Shown here: positions 54,241-64,000 of the stretch, in pieces
Numbering within the stretch: position 1 is the first letter of the stretch
How the letters are laid out: every line of letters begins with the position of its first letter
Position numbers and translations under genes: made by a program
Assembly (NCBI GenBank): GCA_951406725.2
Contig: OX597826.1
Coordinates: 12,710,001 to 12,774,000 of the forward strand
Direction: 5' to 3'
Origin: Octopus vulgaris
Lineage: Eukaryota
Length of the DNA: 64,000 bases
The notes under the pieces: generated by a model
What the model saw: the letters and a program-made list of their open reading frames with translations, nothing else
The model's database searches: none
Told to the model about the DNA's origin: nothing

Positions 54241-55330
54241 TAACAACAAACAAGATGAGGACAAATATCCGCCAAATGTAAATAATGTAAATATTGAAAT
54301 TATTTTAGTTATTCTTTGTATTATGAAATATGATATTAGCAAAGATCATTGTACGGAGAATAATCCTTGTCAGAGATAGAACCAGTGAGTAATCATTAGA
54401 TCAGAAGTTTTTTCTCGGTGCATCGTCCTTCTTGCTCTTACATTACTTAGACAATTATAGGGGAAATAATGAGACTGGGTAAAATCCATGTCTTTCACAT
54501 ATGTATGAACTCTGTAAATAAAATGAACTGACTTTTGTTAAGAAGTGAAAACAAGTTGCCGTTTCGGCTTTTCAGTAAATTTTTTGCTTCACCATAATAC
54601 TCATTTCAGTCAGAATTATTGACGTCTAGTGACAAACCAGACGACCTACCCTTTTGAATCGTTGGAATAATGGATACAGTAGCATTCATAAGTGTTACAA
54701 GAATTAACGGTTCATTGTTGAGTAAAATGATTTTTTTTTTTTTGCAGGAATAGACGCTGCAGTGGAGATCCGATATATTCTTTTCTTGCATTTAATGCAA
54801 TGATTTTGTTAGTTTACATTGAAGCAGTAACTCAGACGTTCAAAGCTGACGTATATTCGATTCAGTCGGCTTAACATAGATCATTAGTAGTTATCTTGTG
54901 TCAAAGTAAATTCTGAATCTCGTATGATATAAAGTGAGAATATTGCTTAAGGGTTTAGCCAAAGGATTGCTCCTCAGTTCAGTGTTTATGTTATTTCAGA
55001 GTTAACAGAAAATGGAGGCAAAGGCTCTTTTTTAAATAGCAAACGCAAAATGAATATATTTTATGTTAAAGATAGTATCTTAATTGGACAAACAATAAAA
55101 TCCGGTATACAAAATAGATGCATTATTATGTGAACAGTATCCTGCTTACTGTATATACACTGCCCACGGGTTTTCGTCCGAGAAAGAATAAATTGGAGAG
55201 AGAAGAACAATCGTCTTGACAGTGGATAGCGAGAATGCCAGATGCATTTCAGCCATCTTGTGCCTTGCCAAAGATGTGTTTATTCGTAGTCACAAGCCTA
55301 GAGGTCTGTTGTCTCCGGTATTTAGGAAAT

Positions 55331-55748
55331 AGCAGCGAGCTGGCAGAATCGTTAGTACGCCGGGCGAAATGCGTAGACGTATTTCGTCTACCGCTATGTT
55401 CTGAGTTTAAATTCCGCCGAGGTCGACTTTGCCTTTCATCCTCTCGGGTTCGATAAATTAAGGACCAGTTGTTACGCACTGGGGTCGATATAATCGACTT
55501 AATCCTCTTGTCTGTCCTCGTTTATCCTCTCTGTGTTTAGTCCCTTGTGGGTAGTAAAGAAATAGGTATTTCGTCTGCCGTTACGTTCTGAGTTCAAATT
55601 CCGCCAAGGTCGACATTGCCGTTCATCCTTTCGGGGTCGATAAATTAAGTACCAGTTACGCACTGGGGTCTATGTAATCGACTTAATACCTATGTCTGTC
55701 CTTGCTTGTCACCTCTATGTTAAGCCCCTTGTGGGTAATAAAGAAATA
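55331..55748 (+). mobile_element. SINE family A, dimeric
   Basis: 14-bp TSD ggtatttaggaaat at 55317-55330 and 55749-55762. Confidence 0.92.
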
Positions 55749-55887
55749 GGTATTTAGGAAATGAGTGAATTATACATTCACTGATATTGCGAATAGGCAC
55801 CGGGCTAAATAAAAATTTCGATGTACGTAACTGAAGCAGCATAAAATTATAATAGTCACAAGTGTCCTGCTTAATGCATAGTCTCTC

Positions 55888-56378
<491 letters not shown>

Positions 56379-56789
56379 TATATATATACAAGATACTGCT
56401 GTGTTTATGCTAGATAAACTCTCTTATAGGCCTACTGTGTTAAAAACAAAATATATCAAAGGGAGACGCAAATCCGAAGCGACAGCGGTTATCGAATATT
56501 CCAGATGCATTCCTTGTGTCTTGACAATGTCGTATATTCACCCCAGCGGCATTTAGCAATGTTAGTGAGTGCATTCTTTGCTGTTTTCTTCTTACTGGAT
56601 GCGATAAATCTCATCAAAGCTACAAGTACAATCCATTGCGATAAGGTTAAATAATAATGGTAATTAATAATTCAGCATTAATTTCTTTTCAAACTACTTC
56701 TTTCACTCAAACGTATTTTCAAATGTTTTTTTATTTGATATTCAAGTCTTAGTTTGTATTATATGTATTCTTAAACGACGTATACTATC

Positions 56790-56815
56790 TCATTTATCTT
56801 TTCGTATATTTTCAG
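56790..56815 (+). other. Candidate 3' splice acceptor of the exon carrying the TMEM200-like CDS
   Basis: Pyrimidine tract catttatcttttcgtatattttcAG, followed by repeat-free sequence up to the ATG at 57654. Confidence 0.4.
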
Positions 56816-57653
56816 AATTACGACGGGAAAATTATGAATCTTATGTCTGACATTACGAACGGTGAACTGTTACCATCAATAATGGTTTTCCATGGATCTA
56901 TATGATATTCAAGTCTTGTGAAGTCTTTGTAGCTATGCTAAATGCTTTCAATCAGCGTGTAATCTCTCAGTAACTGATTCTGCCGGTCAACGAGTAGATT
57001 CCGATGTGCAATTTACTAACTTCAATGTCTATATAATTTTCGATTGATTTAACTTAATTCTATCAAGCTTATACAAATTGTCCACAAACATTTCACAGAA
57101 ACAATTGCATAAATGCATACTTGCTTAAATTATGTCCAACTTTTATTCATTCATTTAAAAAAGGATCCTTTCAGTCGTAGACTAATTAAATTTTCAGCAA
57201 GCAAATATTAATAAAATGATGCTTCTCAAAAATGAAATTATGAACACAAATCCCTTGAGGAATTACAATTATCAGAAATGTATATTATTTCTGTTATTAC
57301 GATTACTAAATCTTATTTACTTTCAACTATTGTTCCTGCTTTCTACGAATTCTTAAATTCTTGCTAAAACAAAGAAATCAAATAAAGCAGTCGGCATCAT
57401 ATGCCACATTTCTCATCCACTTAAATGTTGGTGCTAAATTCAAGTTGTTCATAAAATTATCAGGCTACCAGAGAAATTGAGTAAATTCACAAAACTGCAA
57501 GATTATTCAAGCGAAATCATTTAATGTGTATTAAAATAAGATTCCAGCAGTGCAATAATTAAGACTTCCTTTGTTCGGAAACAGTAAGGATATCAGTGGA
57601 ATGAGATGAAACAAATAAAGAAATAATACAGTCTGGCTCTAATCTGAAATAAA

Positions 57654-58961
57654 ATGTTCGTCCCTCGCGTACGGCTTCATTATAATGATACTGACCATCC
57701 TGTATTCAGTTCTAGACGCAGAAGGCCGAAACGAAAAGTACGTCGACCTTTTAAAATTGCAGATTTTATAAACATTCCTTGCCTTTTGCCAACATTGATC
57801 GGTACACTTATTGGCTCCTTGATATCAGTCGGTGGAATAGCGATGAGTATTCTTGGATACTATCCAGAGAAACCACCCGAACCACCGCGAAATATCCACC
57901 TAAAAGTCTTAGCTTATATCGGACCTCCAATTATGGCTATGGGGGCTTTTATGGTAATAGTTTCCTGTGTTATGTATTGTGAATTTAGGGACAAATATTT
58001 AAGGGTTGAAGACGAAATACGAATTCGTAGTTTAAAAAAAGAAGCTATTTATGAGTTGGTGGTAGAGAGTTTTAGAAAAAATTATTTTCGTGGTATACAA
58101 CTACCTTTCCAACAAATGACCGTAAAAAGTATTAATTCAAATGAACTGACAAGCAGTTCTGATTCAAATGTGTGCACAAATTTAAGAGAAAGTGGTGGCG
58201 TAAAAGAAACAGCCTATAAAATTACTTTCCCGGCGTCATCTCGCCGCAGTTCGATGGTAACGCATCCTATTAAAAGATCAGAAATAGCCAATAAAGCTTA
58301 TTCAATGCCAAACATCAAACCGTTTCATAATGCGCTGTCCTCAGCTTTCATATCACACGTTTCTTATACGAGACGAAAATCCAATAATGTTGCCTTTGAT
58401 GACTACAGGTTGACGCGAGGCAGTGATGCTATGCGAAGGTCGTCGGTAGTATCGAGTAGTGTGTGTAGCGTGTCGACTGGCATCATAAACCCCGCTTATG
58501 AACAAGACGATGAGTTGCGAGTCGAGGAAACGGCCGAGGAAGTTGCCAGCAACACGCAATACCTTTGCGTTCATCAGAACAGACCAATGAGCGAAGGGGA
58601 TTCGAGTGATAGCCTTCCTGTTGTTATTGTCCACATGGCTTCAGTACATCAAGTGGACGCACCGGATAGTCGTCGCCCGTCAGTTAACACCGTATGTTCC
58701 GGTTGTTCGAACTCACCTCAACCGCACAGTAGTCACAGTGGCGTTCATGACACTAATTCAAATATTAGTGAAACTAATTCTGATATCGCTAGTGATGTTT
58801 CGAAACCGAGTGAACACTCGCATTGTATATCTCACGTGTCTATAGATAGTAACAGCCTTAGATCTATGTTGACGTCATCGCACTTAGATGACTCCAACGA
58901 AGAAAAAACTGAAAAAACCGACTTGCAAAATATTGAAATGAAAGAAGTCTCTCACACATGA
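57654..58961 (+). CDS. TMEM200: TMEM200/DUF2371-like two-pass membrane protein, 435 aa, coding region in a single exon
   Basis: Only long non-repetitive ORF in the window. Basic N-terminus (RRRRPKRKVRR). TM1 ends GIAMSILGYYP and TM2 reads LAYIGPPIMAMGAFMVIVSCVMYCEFRDK, matching the TMEM200 pattern GIAMAVLGYWP...GPxxMGIGxFxFICANAxLHENRDK (recalled, not searched). Long Ser-rich tail follows. Confidence 0.85.
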   Translation: MFVPRVRLHYNDTDHPVFSSRRRRPKRKVRRPFKIADFINIPCLLPTLIGTLIGSLISVGGIAMSILGYYPEKPPEPPRNIHLKVLAYIGPPIMAMGAFMVIVSCVMYCEFRDKYLRVEDEIRIRSLKKEAIYELVVESFRKNYFRGIQLPFQQMTVKSINSNELTSSSDSNVCTNLRESGGVKETAYKITFPASSRRSSMVTHPIKRSEIANKAYSMPNIKPFHNALSSAFISHVSYTRRKSNNVAFDDYRLTRGSDAMRRSSVVSSSVCSVSTGIINPAYEQDDELRVEETAEEVASNTQYLCVHQNRPMSEGDSSDSLPVVIVHMASVHQVDAPDSRRPSVNTVCSGCSNSPQPHSSHSGVHDTNSNISETNSDIASDVSKPSEHSHCISHVSIDSNSLRSMLTSSHLDDSNEEKTEKTDLQNIEMKEVSHT

Positions 58962-59639
58962 CTGAGCTCAACACTACAGAGGAATCGAGTTTAAATATAC
59001 ATAAACATACATTTACCTATATCATATATATTTATATATATATATATATATAATGTGCTTGAGTGTTCGGAGGGGATGTTCGTGTTGCACAACACGTAAA
59101 CAAAAGATTCGACAAAGGAAAAAAGTCGGAATAATACAAGAAAAAAAAAAGTTGAACGAAAGTGAGAACAAAACCTCGGAAGCCGAGAAACAAAAATCCA
59201 CGAGAAAGTATAAAAAATATAAACAAATAAAACAGAAAATAAAAATCAATGAAGATGTTTGGTGGGTTAGCGATTGAAAAGATGTTTAGTTTAAATGCTG
59301 GCATTGTCTTCCTCGCAGACAGAAATTTTCGAATTCATTTCAAAGATTAAAAGACGGTTTCACTGTATATATTTATATGTATATAGTTATTTGTAAATCT
59401 CTGATTAAATGTATATGTATGTATATTTCTGTGCGTGCGTGCATGCGTGCGTGTACTTCTCTGTGTCTTTTTACGTGTGTATGAATATACGTATGTATAT
59501 AAGTGTATTCTGAGTTCTTTTTAACAGTATACGGAAATAGAAAAATTGAAATTGCAAAAAATGACAAGAGAAATTGAATCATTCAAAAATAAATCTAGAA
59601 ATGGACCTAAAATTAAATCAAAATATTTAACAAAAATAA

Positions 59640-59860
<221 letters not shown>

Positions 59861-59914
59861 GAATATTTTTGCTCGTTAAGAGCTACATTTTTCTTCGGAT
59901 TATATATATAAGTG

Positions 59915-59972
<58 letters not shown>

Positions 59973-60048
59973 TAGATAGATAAATGTGTATGAATTTATG
60001 AATTTATTTATACATAACACACACACACACACACACATACATACATAC

Positions 60049-60112
<64 letters not shown>

Positions 60113-60247
60113 ATATATATGTATGTATATGCATGACCGCCTCAGGTATCTACGAAATATAATGAATTTACTTAATGAAATTACAAAAAAAGCAGTGATC
60201 GCTGAACCCCAATGAATATACTCCATAGTAACACACATATATATGTC

Positions 60248-60279
<32 letters not shown>

Positions 60280-60317
60280 TGTATGTATGTATGTATGTAT
60301 CTATATTTATATATATG

Positions 60318-60377
<60 letters not shown>

Positions 60378-60665
60378 CAAAAAAATTTTGATTTTCGAAC
60401 GCATAAAAATGCTAATATAATAGCATGAAAATGATAACATCCATATTTTGCAGAAAAATCTGCCAGCGCCTAACCATGAGACACGAGCTTACATCTCTGA
60501 GATTACACGTAGTCTCATGACAGACCACTGATTTTTCTGCGAAGTATGGATAATTCATCTTGTTCATGCTATTATATTAGCACTATTCTGCGTTTAAGAA
60601 TAAATTATTTTCCTTATCTGTATCTTTCAATACATCTTAACGCTTCAAAAGCAAAGCTGAATATG

Positions 60666-60755
<90 letters not shown>

Positions 60756-60831
60756 TTATATACATATATATATGTAAATAGAGAGAGAGCGAGATACTTA
60801 ATATATTTATATATGTCTATATAAATATATA

Positions 60832-60925
<94 letters not shown>

Positions 60926-61248
60926 CGTTTTACTATGCAATATATCCATGGGTTTTGACATGTCATTGTTTTTGTAACGTCATTAATTAAACTCATTTAT
61001 TAGTTATATGAGACGGTTATAAACGTTGCTCCATAGTCAAGCCTTGAATGAAAATAGGCATCGCTGTCACGTCAGTAATTTATATACACACACACATATA
61101 TATATATATGCACACACATGTACATATATGTATGTATATATATATACATACAACAATATATATATATATATATACATATATATGTATATATATATATACA
61201 TATATATATATGTATATATATATGTGTGTGCGTGTGTGTGTGTGTGTA

Positions 61249-61510
61249 CAACTCGACTCCGTCGGTCACGGGGTGCAAGTCTCACCGGAGAACGCACAGC
61301 CAAGTCGCCCATGCATACCAGCCTCCCCGCTCCACGCCACTGATGTTATCCAAGGGAAAGGCAAGACGTCGAAATTTATTTCTACAGGTGATTGAACTGG
61401 AGCAACGTGAAATAGTGTCTTCCTCAAGAACACAACACGCAGCCCGGTCAGAGAATCGAACTTAGAACCTAACAATCGTAAGTTAGACGCTCTAGCCACT
61501 GGGCCATGCG
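61249..61510 (-). mobile_element. SINE related to family C
   Basis: Minus-strand gcatggcccagtggctagagcgt head; ttgaggaagacactatttcacgttgctccagttca core. Confidence 0.8.
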
Positions 61511-61574
61511 ATTTCGCATATATACATATATATGTATATATACATATATACATATATATGTATGTATATATGTA

Positions 61575-61620
<46 letters not shown>

Positions 61621-61636
61621 TATATATACATATATG

Positions 61637-61667
<31 letters not shown>

Positions 61668-61890
61668 ATGTGTATATATATAGGTAATATTAGTTATTGG
61701 TGACAATATAAATGATAACTTAATTTATTATGACGATGATGTTTACGACAATATCAGACTATCAGAGATGCTCGGTCTGTTCTTTCTATGCAACTTTCAA
61801 CCGTATATAATTCGAAGCTAAACGATAAAAAACGCAAAATCTATTGCAGACAGTTTTTTCTTGCCAAATAATAAACATTTTTTAAATGAA

Positions 61891-61931
<41 letters not shown>

Positions 61932-62669
61932 ATAGGAAAAATCGAATAAATATGAATAACAAAATATGTATAGATAAATCAAAATTAAGATGGACAGAAG
62001 ATATTTCAAAATAAAACTAATAATAAAACAGTAACAACACAAACCATTGCTTAACAAAAGCAAAACCGGAGTTGATTTTTACGAATATGTAAAAAATATG
62101 ATGTCACTACTCAGAGAATATGTGTCACGTCTGCTTTCAAATTGAGATTTCTCTCTTATGATATTAACCATAGAATCGTGTGCAAAAGAGAACAAAAGAA
62201 TGTATTTTGGGTACATTTATTAACTCATGGCCTTTTATTGTATTATAGTGCCTTGCTATTCTTACCGTTTCTTTTAACACTAATTTTTAAGTTTGTTTCT
62301 TTATAGATAATTTCTTCCTGACGTCGTCTTCACTTTAGTTTATAGATTTCATTTTTTATTTAAATCCTTTTAAGATTTATAGGATTGCTTTTCAACATTT
62401 TTATTTCATCATTGTTTCCAATAGTCTCTTTTTTTTCTTTTTCATTTTAATTTCTTTGAAACCTGAAAAATACTTAACAAAAGTCCGTTCAAAAAGTTAT
62501 AAACAATACAGAAATCAAAAAGTAGATTCTCTGTACACTTTCATTTTTCTAGCCGGTGTAATCTACAATTGTTTGTGTTCATTCATCTGTAAATGCTTCC
62601 ATATATACACATACATGCATATATACATCCTTAAACATACACAAAAACACACATACATAGCATACGCAC

Positions 62670-62708
<39 letters not shown>

Positions 62709-62775
62709 CACAATTATATAATATTCTGTGTCAGTTCCTCTCTCTTCACGTTTCCTTCTCTCCCATTATATACAT

Positions 62776-62814
<39 letters not shown>

Positions 62815-62846
62815 TATATATTATATTATACATATATATATGTATG

Positions 62847-62944
<98 letters not shown>

Positions 62945-63105
62945 CGATATAAATACAAAATGTATATACATTTATTACATATAAATATATGTGTAAATAT
63001 ATGTGTGTGTCGTCGATATGAATAAAAGTGCTGAATATTTTAAAAGGTTTAGCAAGTAATATAAATCTATAAAATTCAAACATCAAAACATTCACACACA
63101 CACAC

Positions 63106-63148
<43 letters not shown>

Positions 63149-63169
63149 TGTGTGTGTATGTGTGTGTGT

Positions 63170-63223
<54 letters not shown>

Positions 63224-63510
63224 GTTTTCAATCAGTTGAAGTACCTTTTCACTGTATTAAAGGATAAATGAATATCTATTTTTACAAATTTTTGTATAGC
63301 GGAAGTTTACGATCCCACATCTCCACAGCACCACCATTTGCAAGGTGTTAGGTGGAGCCGACTTTGCACAGAATGTTAACTAAACGCACGATATGTAGCT
63401 TAATGAAAGCAAGGATTTAGAGATTGAGAAGCAAACATAGAGTCTGTGGGCCATTCATATACATATGCATACTTACATAGATAGATAGATAGATACATAC
63501 GTACAAACAC

Positions 63511-63543
<33 letters not shown>

Positions 63544-63567
63544 CGCATACATATGAGTCTATACATT

Positions 63568-63606
<39 letters not shown>

Positions 63607-63639
63607 CCATATATATGTATATATATGGATATATATATA

Positions 63640-63686
<47 letters not shown>

Positions 63687-63724
63687 TATATAGAAGGAGC
63701 TTCTACAGGACTAGTACTGTTTCA

Positions 63725-63767
<43 letters not shown>

Positions 63768-63900
63768 ATAATTTAGAGAAAAGCCTCTATTAAACAATAC
63801 AATAAAGAAAGATATTATTCCCACCATATAGAAAACATATGTTATAAAAATCTTATTCTAAAAATCAGTAAAGTACAACACATTGTAAATAGTAGTAAAA

Positions 63901-64000
63901 AGACTACGCACGTTTCATGGCTATATTTCAAATAGATAATAATAATAAAATCAATTCCATTTAAAATTAATTCTATTTAAATATATAGCCACTCAACAGG
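63901..64000 (-). ncRNA. Type I hammerhead with long stem II, cut by the window edge
   Basis: Minus strand: C-CTGTTGA-GTGGCTATAT-[56 nt]-ATATAGCCAT-GAAA-CGTGCG-TA|G. Confidence 0.65.

Overview
AT-rich, microsatellite-saturated animal DNA. The repeat families and microsatellite load suggest a coleoid cephalopod (octopus); this is inference. There is one credible protein-coding region, an intronless TMEM200/DUF2371-like CDS at 57654-58961 (+). The rest is intronic or intergenic. It holds three tRNA-derived SINE families (called A, B and C here), fragments of RTE, R4/Dong-like and Penelope-like retroelements, mariner remnants, a TIR element with internal TTAGGG repeats and a non-autonomous Helitron. 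Nearly all other ORFs in the track are microsatellite or SINE artefacts. Main signals: (1) a set of sequence-unrelated short elements, each carrying a minimal type I hammerhead ribozyme fold about 50-130 nt from an end that mostly abuts a microsatellite, two of them with greatly enlarged AT-rich stem II loops; (2) many local fold-back (inverted) duplications; (3) a locally templated 287-bp insertion with a 31-bp target duplication; (4) SINE/LINE tail sharing and fixed-junction SINE dimers. All alignments and folds were done by eye.
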